Assembly (NCBI GenBank): GCA_010909165.1
Contig: MU008185.1
Location: 62,001-126,000 of the forward strand
Source: Anthoceros angustus
Lineage: Eukaryota > Plantae > Anthocerotophyta
DNA length: 64,000 bases
Reading direction: 5' to 3'
Part shown: in pieces, positions 1 through 11,625 of the stretch
How positions within the stretch are numbered: position 1 is the stretch's first letter
How the letters are laid out: every line of letters begins with the position of its first letter
Position numbers and translations under genes: made by a program
The notes under the pieces: generated by a model
The model's database searches: none
What the model was told of the DNA's origin: nothing
What the model saw: the letters and a program-made list of their open reading frames with translations, nothing else

Positions 1-289
1 GCCTGAATTTGAAGTCATGATTGAATCTCGTAGTTTGCGTTGTCATTGCTACTGTTTGTGTCGCGGATAACCTTATTTTGTTTGTTTTTCCTCTTAAATC
101 TAACTTGCCGACAAAGTCTTCTATTACGAAGTATGTGGGTGTTGTTTGAAAAGGAGTTATCTGTTCTCACTAACCAAAAGTGGAGGGGATTTCAATATTT
201 AACAATGTGTATATTCAATGAATGTGTCGTGCCATATCCCCCCCATCCCTATCCTCGTCTCGATTGTTTTATAATCAATTGTTAGACCC

Positions 290-2400
290 TTGAGTTCCTA
301 TCGGAAGTTCAACACCATGTGCTTTTTTATTTTGTCTTTTTGTCAACTTCTGCGGGATGTTGTGTTGTCAAGTTCCTTGACCACTCAATTCTCGCTTTTG
401 CGGATGGCTCCTAAAAGAAAACCCTTTGGGCTCTGGGCGGAAGAAAACAAGGATCTCTGGCTGAAGTTATGGCTAAGCCATATACAAGACAAATGTCAAC
501 CGTTATTCGCAACTCATCCGCTGCAGGATGATGGTAAAGTTGATGGTGTCTTGGTGCACAGCGAAGGAACGTACTTAGTTCCCAAAAAAGACTTGCCCAA
601 ACCGTCAAGGCGATTTTCATCCAAGAAGGATGCTCGACGTGCAGCTGAGTTTGTTCAGAAGAGGAGAAGGGTGGACACTCGACCTGTGGCTTTGGTTGAA
701 GGTCCTCTTGCAGAGATTACTAACTATGTCCCGGTCCGAGAGAGGGGTCCGGTTTGTGGGGAGAATGATTTCTTGATAAGCGATCCCATGGTTGTGAGTC
801 GCCAAAACTGGAGTCTAGAGATTTGTGTCTGCCGTTGAGCAGAATGCTTTACAGGCCGGGCGCTTCCATGCCTTGTGGTTCGACCACAGGTCATCCACGA
901 TCAAGAAGTGCTTGATATGTTTTGAGAGGCTAAAGTGTGATGATCCAAGATGACTTTGCCATGGGTATGGAGGAAATTGATGATGAAGCAATTTTGAGGT
1001 GATTTTGACCCAATAGTCCCGAGGGAGCCGTGAATGATGCTTTGAGTGGTGGGAGGATAGGTCCAAAGCGGAATAAGCGGTGTCAAGTCGTCTCGGGCCT
1101 TTATGAAAGTGAGTATGAGGATATTCCTCACAAGGATCTAAATCTTATTCGATATCCTTTTTCCATCAAGTTCGAATCAAGGACAGGAGATTTTCTCCAG
1201 AAACGTAAGTAGTGATGTTTTTTGACTTGTTGATTTTGATAGTTCTGACTTTCATTCACATGATTGATTCTCTCTTGTGCAGGTTGATGTCTTTCTTTCG
1301 TGGTTTTAACCGAATTTTAACAAGGAAGTGCATCTTGAACCAAAGCCGGCTTGGTTCTGATGTTCGATGATCAACATGTTTCATGGAATTTTCCATGGGT
1401 CCTGTGCCTTGGTTGCCCATGAAAATCGGCAAGGACCTTGGGATTGTGTCATGTCGAAAAGAGGTGAAGTTGATTTCGATGATGAGCGATTCTTTCACAC
1501 GAGATCATCAATGCTCATTTGGGCGGGGGCTCAAAAAGGTAATATTGTTGGTTTAGGGGTGCACTTTGATTGTTCATTTATGGTTTTAAACACGGAGGCC
1601 TTATGCCTCTATTGTTTGCGGTGTGCATATTTTTGCATGACCAGTTTGGAGTTCGAGGTGGTGAAGAGTTACATAACGCTCATCGTGGACTTCTCGTTCT
1701 CGGATTCGAGGACCTTTTGTTCGAGATGTTTTGGTTGTTTTGTTCATTGTATCTTTGACGCGTTTTGATGTTTTTGTATTAAGCTCGCTTTTATTTGCGG
1801 TGTATCAAGAACGGCTTTCAAAAAATTATAAAGTGGACATGAAGAATTACCGAGTGAGCATTTAGTCAAAGGTCAAGATTTAGAAGGATGTTATCGAAAC
1901 TTTTAGAGTCATTATTGAACACTCTCCCAAGTGGTCAAGCGACAAAAATCATCAATTCGGGGTTTTGTTCAATTCAACAATTGATAACCCAAGATCAAAT
2001 GTAAGTTTTGTTGTTATTGGGCTTAAGTTTTGTGGTTTGTATTTACTAAGCTTTTGTTTTTGGCTAGGCTTGGTATGCAAAACTCCGTGTTTCAAAAGGA
2101 ATGTTGTCAAGGTTCATGAAGACCATGGCAAGCACCGGGCTCGTTGGCTATTACACCAATAAGAGCTGCCGTGTAACAATGATTACACGTTTGACGATGG
2201 CTCGCCTCGGCCGGGGAGAAGTGTGGCCATAAAATGATGCTGGATTCTCAAGGTAATATGTTTTGAAAGCTTGTGACATTTGAGTCCTTTGTATGTTCCT
2301 TCCGATGTTCGATATGGTTTGCGGATATGACCGGCCCGGGTCAAGCAAAAAAGCGAAGAGTCCTTGTTCACGGTGAGCGGCGATCCTATCGAGCTTTTGA
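290..2400 (+). mobile_element. Degenerate Crypton-like DNA transposon, DUF3504-type tyrosine recombinase, intron-containing and frameshifted
   Basis: Manual translation gives ordered motifs: FDDERFFHTRSSM (~1473), AYFCMT/QFGVRGGEELH (1625-1675, catalytic Arg box), LSRFMKTMASTGLVGYYTNKSCRVTMITRL (2104-2193, H/K-x-x-R box), then GHK(N)DAGFSR...YDRP (~2226-2337, GH box and Tyr; needs a frameshift and a splice). GT-AG intron at ~1205-1282. Boundaries approximate. Confidence 0.65.
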
Positions 2401-4239
2401 ACGAAGAACAATCGGATGCGGGATGATTTAAGGGTGTTCTTCCGTCAACGTCCTCAATGTGACTCCACGAAATTGTATTTTCTAGTCACCAAGATCAAGA
2501 CTTGCGAGTGCAACAGTTAACAATGTAAGTGTTTGAGATTTGTTGCAAGTTTTGTAGGGACTTGATCAAAATCGTGTCGACTTGTTTTTGTGTGTTAGGT
2601 CTCGTAGCACTCGTTGTTCATCATGAAAGCGGACCTTTGAACAATGTCAGACCGAATCGAGCCGCACCATGTGGTCCACTTTGTCACAAGTTCGAGTTGG
2701 TATTGTCGTTCCTTGGTTGCGATCGCCATGTTGGATCTGTTTTAATCATCTTGGTCTCTGTTGTTAGGCGGTGGGAGGCTGGTGTTTTGGTTGCAAACAT
2801 ACCTCCGAAAGCGGTGGCCAAGGCATCGGATGGATAACGGACCAACAATGGGTGTTCTAGTGAAATTCCATATGTTGACAAGGTTGATTCTTTGTCTTTG
2901 TTTTGTTTTCACTTCTTTTGGAGTTTCGATTATGTTTATCTTGGCGGTTGTGAATCCTGCGACTAGTGGAAGCTTTTACATCCCTCATTTCAACATTGAT
3001 ACTCGAGGGAAGTGGATGCGGTCCCTCTGTTGGAGGGCATTGTGCATAGTGAGTGTGATCACCATGTTAACCAGATGTAAATGTGGCCGTGGTAGCACCT
3101 CTGGATATTGTATTGCAGCCTGTGATTGCAAATGGAAATGGAAGTGGCTTTGAGCGGCTTGAGATCGCGAGTACGGAATTGGAGTATGATGTAAAAAGGA
3201 GTTGAGTTTTCACAAAAGGATTTGGAGGCTCTTATAGAGAGGAGGCGTAAAGCTTGAATTACGAGTCTCTAAGCAAAGAGAGAAAGCCCTTGAGATCAGG
3301 CGGAGAAATGTGGAGAGGAGACAAGAGCACATTAAGCATCAAGAGAAATCAAGCAGCATGGAAAGCAAGAGGTTCGAAGACTGCAGTGGAAAAGAGAACA
3401 GGAGCAGAAGAATGTGCCTCGAGATATTTGCACTGCTATCTGCGAAAATCCGTCAGGATTGGTAAGTTTTCTTATGCTCTTTATTAATCAGTACATTGAA
3501 AATCAATGGTTGTATTTTATTAGGTTGTCACCTTGCAGGAAGCCGGACAATTTCGTCCAAGTCCTCAGCTTCATCAATTGGTTGCCAAGAATGATCTTTG
3601 TACAAGCCAATCAAGCCAAGTGGTCGTGAAAATTACGTTTTCAATCAGTATAATTATACATCAATTTCCTAAATAAGGTGAGTATCATTTCTTAAGTATT
3701 TGCTATGATTATTTCGGTGTTTTCTAGTATCGCCTAATCACGGTTTGTGTCTTGTTTTCGTTTTGTTTGTAGGTTCCATTGTTGTTGAAGTAGAGTTCAA
3801 TCTAGCGAGTTCAATCTATTCGGTATTTACTCTTCATTAGTTGAATTTGTATTTCATGCCATTACGGATATAGAAACTCGCAAAGAAAAGGTTTCTTTGT
3901 TGGTTTTGTATATCCCGGATCCGCATGAATATTATTTAACAGAAAATGTTTTTGTCATTAGCGATTTTGGTGGGATTTCTAGAATGAGCTTCTAGACCCG
4001 GTGGTATTCACTTGGTCGTCATGTTTTCTCTAGTGCTCTATTTTCTACCTTGATGGTAGATGATTTTACCCACTTGTATGGTTCGGTTGTTTTGTACCTT
4101 GATGGTAGATGATTTTCTACTATCTTGTAATGAATTTTCTTTATGGGTAAAACAATGACCAAAGGTCAATTCTCTCTCTAAAATTCACACTACCGAAAAA
4201 ATCATCGGTAGCGTCGAGGCCCCAGGCGAGGCCGCGACT

Positions 4240-5040
4240 TTCACGATTCGAGTTTCGTCCGCTTACGGCAAGCGGTTCACTAGTCTTGGCACCAAGCTCA
4301 GATGTCTCGCCTTTTATCCTCGGACGGATGGTGCTACGGGCGAGCTAATCAAGTTTTAGAGGATATACTCCGTGCTTATGCGGTGTGCACCAAACTCGGT
4401 GGTGGACTTTCTCCACCTCGTTGAGTTTGCCTACAACAACGCCCCTAACGCCTCAACCCGAGTTACTCCATTCTTGTTCAACAAAGGTTTTCACCCCGCG
4501 TTGCTTTCCTGCTTGTGTCCCTGCTGCTTGTCGATTTTCTCACCCAACGTGTCCAAATTCTGCAGTAGGCTCGTCAGTTTGCCCATGGAACCCAAAACCG
4601 CCAAGCCCAATCTGCCAATCATCGTCGTCGTCCTCAAGAATTTGCAGTTGGTACCTATGTCTTCTTATGCCTTTATCCCTTCACGGGATTCGTAAGATTT
4701 CCCTCGTTTTGTTGGTCCTTCTGTATCCTCCGTTGCATTGGCCACATGGCCTATGAGCTTGCCCTTCCTCCCGAATCTCGCATTCACCACTTCGAACACG
4801 AACCATGTTTTGATCCAGTGACTCTGAGCTCGAGTATGCTCACATTGACACGATGCACTTCATCCTTCCACGCTTCGAGCGACAATAGAATCTACCTGCC
4901 GGGCATATTTCAAAGCCCTTGCACTCACGATCGGAAAAAGTGGGCTCGGAACTCATCTTGCGAGGTTGCTCGATCGCCATATCGAAGATGATGATTTGCA
5001 AGTTGGTTTCAAAGACATGGTAGCGACATGGTACCACGTG
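4240..5040 (+). mobile_element. Ty3/Gypsy (chromovirus-like) integrase C-terminal fragment, degenerate
   Basis: Frameshifted LGTKL-MS-AFYP-TDGATERANQVLEDILRAY, LHLVEFAYNNA-NASTRVTPF and GPY/F-region AYELALPPESRIH; second copy at 19.4-20.2 kb. Confidence 0.85.
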
Positions 5041-6579
5041 ATTCCGGTAGTCGGTGTGACGATCGATGTTTGGAATTTGAGGAGCATGGAGTGAATGCCT
5101 TTTATCATGTAAAAAAAATGTTCGTTCTCATTTCTCTCTGCGATGATCGGCTCACCAGCGTTAACGTTAACGCGTGAGCGTTCGTTGGTGTGATGTTGCT
5201 TCGTGCAAATGCGGAAGGAAAGAAATGATGTTCGCTGCGGCTACTCTTTAGTGAAAGCTTAATTTAATATTTAATTGTAGCTAGCCCGGCTACACAAGGC
5301 GGTGCTGCGGACGGTTTGAAGCATAGACCAATGTTGCGGCCGGAAGGATGCAAAGCAGTTTGAGAGGAGTCTCTCAAGCGAAAACAAATAGGCATGTTCG
5401 TTGTTCTAATTATTTATCCTTTTGTTGCTTCCGGTGGCGAAATCCGACCAAGGATCCGAGCGAGAAACCTCACAAAGCTGCGTGTCGGGTAGGAGGAAGC
5501 CACCTCCAAACCGCAGGCGTTTGTCGCATATCGACACCCACCACCTTGCCCTCGTTATCGTGCATGAGATATGCCGTCGGCCCGCCACGACTCTCATATG
5601 AAAAGACATATGGTCGTCCGAGCGGCTGGCGGGCGGTCGGTGAAGATGGAAGCGGGCATGGTGGCCATCACCGTCGAGGACATGCTCGCAAAATCTAGCT
5701 CCACACACTTCAAACATGGGCGATCCGAATCGCTGCCACCCTATGGCCACGCGGAGGCGGTCTCGCATGTTGAAGTGTCCCTTGCATTTAAGAACTTGGA
5801 ATCACACTAGGCTTGCGCAGAATCATATAGCTCCAAGCGCCGCTTGAGACGATGCGCGATGGATTGCGACTGCGACATCCTCATGAGGCACGTGAGCACG
5901 CTGCCCACAAACACTCCGTACCCCATATCGAAGCAGGCGTCGCGAACAAGCACGTCCATGGCGGTTGTCTCACTCCACCTCCAAAGCGCGGAGTCGAAGG
6001 CGAAGGTCGACACAGTTTGTCCATGTTCTCCACGCTACCCCACGACTCCACTGGATTCACCGCCACCCGGCTTGAGGGAGCGCTTTGGCGTCCACCCACG
6101 CCCGCACATGATGGAGCCGCAAGTCACAGGCCGGCCAGGTCGAGGCGCCTGCCGGGTTGCCCAAGTGCGGGATGGCCATCTGCCCATACGCCGGCCATTG
6201 GCGGACATGAGCAAGCCGCCGCATGCCGCTACTTGGGGAGCTCAAAACCCGTCGTGGCCACTTTATTCGGTGGCGGCGTCGGCGGGACTGGTCCGACCGC
6301 GGCTTGGGTGGCATCCACGGCGAGTCGGAGCTTGTACCAGCGGTTGGAGGCGGTCGTGAGCGCGCGAGGCTTTGCCGGCAGTTGTAAAGCACGCCACGAA
6401 AAGCATCAATCCCGTTCTCCGCTCGCAATTCCACCGCTCCTTCAACAACAAGGCGACAACACGGCCTTGTTCAACTCTCTGCACCGTGCGCAATCGCAGC
6501 TCGGCACCGGCACCTTTGCCAGGATCGTCATCACAATGTCCTGAGGCAGGTCACTCCATTCATCTCCACCCTCCTCAGC

Positions 6580-6792
6580 TGTGAATCGTTAACCCTGGAC
6601 AGCTTATGCTAGCTATTGTTAGGGTTATGTTAATATACATTTAATTTTGCAACCTTTAGATATTAGGGTTTAGTATAAAAACACATCTGAGATACTTTGC
6701 TAATTAATCATTTTTGTTTTGTGAGACTCGTGCCATTGCTCTTTAGGCTCTCGTCTTACACAACGTGCATGAACGATGCCCGTTAATTGATA
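6580..6792 (+). repeat. Copia 5' LTR, copy 1 (TG...TA)
   Basis: TGTGAATCGTTAACC...CGTTAATTGATA, almost identical to 17730-17942. Confidence 0.95.
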
Positions 6793-6804
6793 TGGTATCA
6801 GAGC
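6793..6804 (+). promoter_or_regulatory. Primer binding site complementary to initiator tRNA-Met
   Basis: TGGTATCAGAGC directly after the LTR; degenerate copies at 8581 and 10509. Confidence 0.92.
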
Positions 6805-8388
6805 CCAATGCTCTGCTATCCGAACGAGTTCTGTGAGAATGCCGAGATCAAGGAATCCTAACAGAGATCAAAATAGGAGAAGTCACGGTGGTCGTGGGGG
6901 CAGACTTCCTCAACATCAATCACGTGGACTTTCTCTGGAAGAAGAAATAGATCTCTACGAACAGGATTACTCAAATCTCTGGCTACGGAAATTTGTAGAT
7001 AAACATTCAAGGTGTGGATTATATAAACCACCCTTTCGGCAACCTAAGCGGAATAAAGCGTTGATCTTTGAATTCGAGCTCATTGTTGAGGTGTGAACCA
7101 CAGCGGCTTCAAATACAAGCCCGGAGACATCCACGCACCTTGCGGACACAATTTCAGACAAAGCAGTTTGAGAGGAGTCTCTCAAGCGAAAACAAATAGG
7201 CATGTTCGTTGTTCTAATTATTTATCCTTTTGTTGCTTCCGGTGGCGAAATCCGACCAAGGATCCGAGCGAGAAACCTCACAAAGCTGCGTGTCGGGTAG
7301 GAGGAAGCCACCTCCAAACCGCAGGCGTTTGTCGCATATCGACACCCACCACCTTGCCCTCGTTATCGGGCATGAGATATGCCGTCGGCCCGCCACGACT
7401 CTCATATGAAAAGACATATGGTCGTCCGAGCGGCTGGCGGGCGGTCGTGAAGATGGAAGCGGGCATGGTGGCCATCACCGTCGAGGACATGCTCGCAAAA
7501 TCTAGCTCCACACACTTCAAACATGGGCGATCCGAATCGCTGCCACCCTATGGCCACGCGGTCTCGCATGTTGAAGTGTCCCTTGCATTTAAGAACTTGG
7601 AATCACACTAGGCTTGCGAATCATATAGCTCCAAGCGCCGCTTGAGACGATGCGCGATGGATTGCGACTGCGACATCCTCATGAGGCACGTGAGCACGCT
7701 GCCCACAAACACTCCGTACCCCATATCGAAGCAGGCGTCGCGAACAAGCACGTCCATGGCGGTTGTCTCACTCCACCTCCAAAGCGCGGAGTCGAAGGCG
7801 AAGGTCGACACAGTTTGTCCATGTTCTCCACGCTACCCCACGACTCCACTGGATTCACCGCCACCCGGCTTGAGGGAGCGCTTTGGCGTCCACCCACGCC
7901 CGCACATGATGGAGCCGCAAGTCACCCGGGAGAGCCGGCGGCAGGTCGAGGCGCCTGCCGGGTTGCCCAAGTGCGGGATGGCCATCTGCCCATACGCCGG
8001 CCATTGGCGGACATGAGCAAGCCGCCGCATGCCGCTACTTGGGGAGCTCAAAACCCGTCGTGGCCTTTATTGTGGCGGCGTCGGCGGGACTGGTCCGACC
8101 GCGGCTTGGGTGGCATCCACGGCGAGTCGGAGCTTGTACCAGCGGTTGGAGGCGGTCGTGAGCGCGCGAGGCTTTGCCGGCAGTTGTAAAGCACGCCACG
8201 AAAAGCATCAATCCCGTTCTCCGCTCGCAATTCCACCGCTCCTTCAACAACAAGGCGACAACACGGCCTTGTTCAACTCTCTGCACCGTGCGCAATCGCA
8301 GCGAGCTCGGCACGGCACCTTTGCGGGATCGTCATCACAATGTCGAGGCGGTCACTCCATTCATCTCCACCCTCCTCGGCATCCATCT

Positions 8389-8580
8389 TGTAACCTCGCA
8401 CATACTAGCTATTATTAGGGTTATGTTAATATACATTTAATTTTGCAACCTTTAGATATTAGGGTTTAGTATAAAACACATCGAGATACTTTGCTAATTA
8501 ATCATTTTTGTTTTGTGAGACTCGTGCCATTGCTCTTTAGGCTCGTCTTACACGTGCATGACGATGCCCGTTAATTGATA
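8389..8580 (+). repeat. Copia LTR copy 2 (5' end degenerate)
   Basis: Aligns to 6580-6792 and is followed by TGGTATCGAG. Confidence 0.85.
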
Positions 8581-10309
8581 TGGTATCGAGCTATAGCTGC
8601 AAAACGAGTTACGTGAGAATGCCGAGATCAAGGAATCCTAACGAGATCAAAATAGGAGAAGTCACGGTGGTCGTGAGGACTTCCTCAACATCAATCACGT
8701 GGACTTTCTCGGAAGAAGAAATAGATCTCTAGCAGATTACTCAAATCTCGCTACGAAATTTGTAGATAAACATTCAAGGTGTGGATTATATAAACCACCC
8801 TTTAACCTAAGCGGAATAAAGCGTTGATCTTTGAATTCGAGCTCATTGTTTGAGGAGAGGTGTGAACCACACTTCAAATACAAGCCCGGAGACATCCACT
8901 GCTTGCAAACAATTTCAGACAAGCGATTTTGATCATGGGCGGGAGCATTGCAGGATCTCTAAGCGCAGCTATGATGAAATCCTTGCTCATTGTCATCTCA
9001 AAACCAAGAGCTCTTGAGAGCAGTGGAAGAATTGAACCAGCCTTGGATTTTGCCGCCCAATCAATCCTGGACACAAGACAAGACATAAAGAAGCTTTCTG
9101 ACCAGTTTCAGAACATGAGTTTGAAGATGGAATTGGAGAAACACTTCACCAGTGTGCAGGATTTGCCACAAGTTCGCTGATTTTCGCTTCGCCTGTGAGG
9201 AGCACAGCGCGCACAGGCACAATCTTGGTGCTCACAAAGCTGCGTGTCTGGTGGGAGGAAGCCACCTCCAAACCGCGTTTATCGCATATCGACACCACCA
9301 CCTTGCCCTCGTTATCGGGCATGAGATATGCCGTCGGCCCGCCACGACTCTCATATGAAAAGACATATGGTCGTCCGAGCGGCTGGCGGGCGGTCGTGAA
9401 GATGGAAGCGGGCATGGTGGCCATCACCGTCGAGGACATGCTCGCAAAATCTAGCTCCACACACACTTCAAACATGGGCGGTCACGGAATCGCTGCCACC
9501 CTATGGCCACGCGGAGGCGGTCTCGCATGTTGAAGTGTCCCTTGCATTTAAGAACTTGGAATCTGCACTAAACTGCTTGAGAATCATATAGCTCAAGCGG
9601 CCCGCAGACGATGCGCGGTGCGACTGCGACATCCTCATGAGGCACGTGAGCACGCTGCCCACAAACACTCCGTACCCCGAAGCAGGCGTCGCGAAGCACG
9701 TCCATGGCGGTTGTCTCACTCCACCTCAAGCGGAGTCGAAGGCGAAGGTCGACCTGGTTGTCCATGTTCTCCACGCTACCCCGACTCCACTGGATTCACC
9801 GCCACCGGCTTGAGGCGCTCTTTGGCGTCCACCACGCCCGCACATGATGGAGCCGCAAGTCACGAGCGGCGGCCGGGTCGAGGCGCACCACCGGGTTGCC
9901 CAAGTGCGGGATGGCCATCTGCCCCATATGCTTTCACCATCGTGGCGGACATGAGCAAGCCGCATGCCGCTACTTGGGGAGCTCAAAACCCGTCGTGGCC
10001 ACTTTATTCGGTGGCGGCGTCGGCGGGACTGGTCGACCGCGGCTTGGGTGGCATCCACGGCGAGTCGGAGCTTATACCAGTTGGAGGCGGTCGTGAGCGC
10101 GCGAGGCTTTGCCGGCGTAGGTTGTAAAGCACTTGCAAAAGCATCAATCCCGTTCTCCTCGCAATTCCACCGCTCCTTCAACAACAAGGCGACAACACGG
10201 CCTTGTTCAACTCTCTGCACTCGCAATGCGAGCTCGGCACGGCACCTTTGCCGGGATCGTCATCACAATGTCACGAGGCGGTCACTCCATTCATCTCCAC
10301 CCTCCTCGG

Positions 10310-10508
10310 TGTGAATCGTTAACCTGACATACTAGCTATTGTTAGGGTTATGTTAATATACATTTAATTTTGCAACCTTTAGATATTAGGGTTTAGTATA
10401 AAACACATCGAGATACTTTGCTAATTAATCATTTTTGTTTTGTGAGACTCGTGCCATTGCTCTTTAGGCTCTCGTCTTACACGTGCATGAGCGATGCGTT
10501 AATTGATA
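10310..10508 (+). repeat. Copia LTR copy 3 (contiguous with the coding body)
   Basis: TGTGAATCGTT...AATTGATA followed by PBS TGGTATCGAGCC. Confidence 0.9.
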
Positions 10509-10553
10509 TGGTATCGAGCCCAATGCTCACGCTGCTCAACGAGTTACGTGAGA

Positions 10554-11149
10554 ATGCCGAGATCAAGGAATCCTATGAGATCAAAATAGGAGAAGTCACG
10601 GTGGTGAGGCGAGACTTCCTCAACATCAATCACGTGGACTTTCTCTGGAAGAAGAAATAGATCTCTACGAACAGGATTACTCAAATCTCTGGCTACGGAA
10701 ATTTGTAGATAAACATTCAAGGTGTGGATTATATAAACCACCCTTTCAGCAACCTAACTGGAATAAAGCAGTTGATGCTGAATTCAGAGCTCGCTGTTTG
10801 AGGAGAGGTGTGAACCCTGACGGCTTCAAATACAAGCCCCAGGAGACATCCACGCACCTTGCGGACACAATTTCAGACAAAGCAGTTTTTCGTCACCACC
10901 AAGCGGCTGCAGCATTGAGGATCTCTAAGCGCAGCTATGATGAAATCCTTGCTCATTGTCATCTCAAACCAAGAGCTCTTCAGGAACAGAGTGGAAGAAT
11001 TGAACCTGGCCTTGGATTTTGCCGCCCAATCAATCCTGGACACAAGACAAGACATAAAGAAGCTTTCTGACCAGTTTCAGAACATGAGTTTGAAGATGGA
11101 ATTGGAGAAACACTTCACCAGTGTGCAGGATTTGCCACAAGTTCGCTGA
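10554..11149 (+). CDS. Putative extra ORF of ~200 aa between PBS and gag (basic N-terminus, coiled-coil-like C-terminus), frameshifted in each copy
   Basis: Reconstructed from three copies: MPRSRNPNRDQNRRSHGGRGG...(ATG 6839/10554)...VEELNLALDFAAQSILDTRQDIKKLSDQFQNMSLKMELEKHF...QVR*. Confidence 0.45.
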
Positions 11150-11625
11150 TTTTCCTGCTTCCGCTGTGAGGGAGCCTGGAGCGCCAGGCACAGGCACAAT
11201 CTTGGTGCCAGATACGAAGAGGTGCATGCATTGTCGTGACCTTTCGTCTTTCAGTCCTTTCCTGCATGCCATTTGTCAGCCAACAGATGCATCTGTTCAC
11301 AAGAAGGTGGCATGGTAGTTAGGGTTCTGAATTCTTGATGCAAGCATGTGTTTTTGAAACGCTAACCTAAAAATTAACAGGCATAACGTTTCGTTTTATC
11401 TCATGTACCGTTTCGTAAGCTAACCATGCATACAGTGAAGAAGTTGAAGGGGAAATTAGTTTGGAAAGCCTCAGGTACACAGCACTTGTTGCCTTCCAAG
11501 CTAAGCTCCCCCTTCAGCCCTTCCCTACACACAAATGTTAGCTAGCTGTACACCCTTGTAAGAGAGACATAGATACTTACCTGGATTGTCAGAGCCATAG
11601 CTCCTGTACATCTTGGTAGATTCTT

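Larger units (their letters stand above)
5350..10890. repeat. Tandem triplication of [GC-rich flank + Copia 5' LTR + PBS + leader]
   Basis: Near-identical units start at ~5350, ~7160 and ~9225; junction microhomologies CAAAGCAGTTT (7159) and TGGTGC (~9226); copies differ mainly by 1-3 nt indels. Confidence 0.9.

Noticed and set aside
4259-4284. Helitron-like 3' end (CCGCTT-ACGGC-AAGCGG hairpin followed by CTAGT)
   Set aside because: It aligns with Gypsy integrase coding sequence at ~19445-19470, where the hairpin and CTAG are absent, so it is coincidental.
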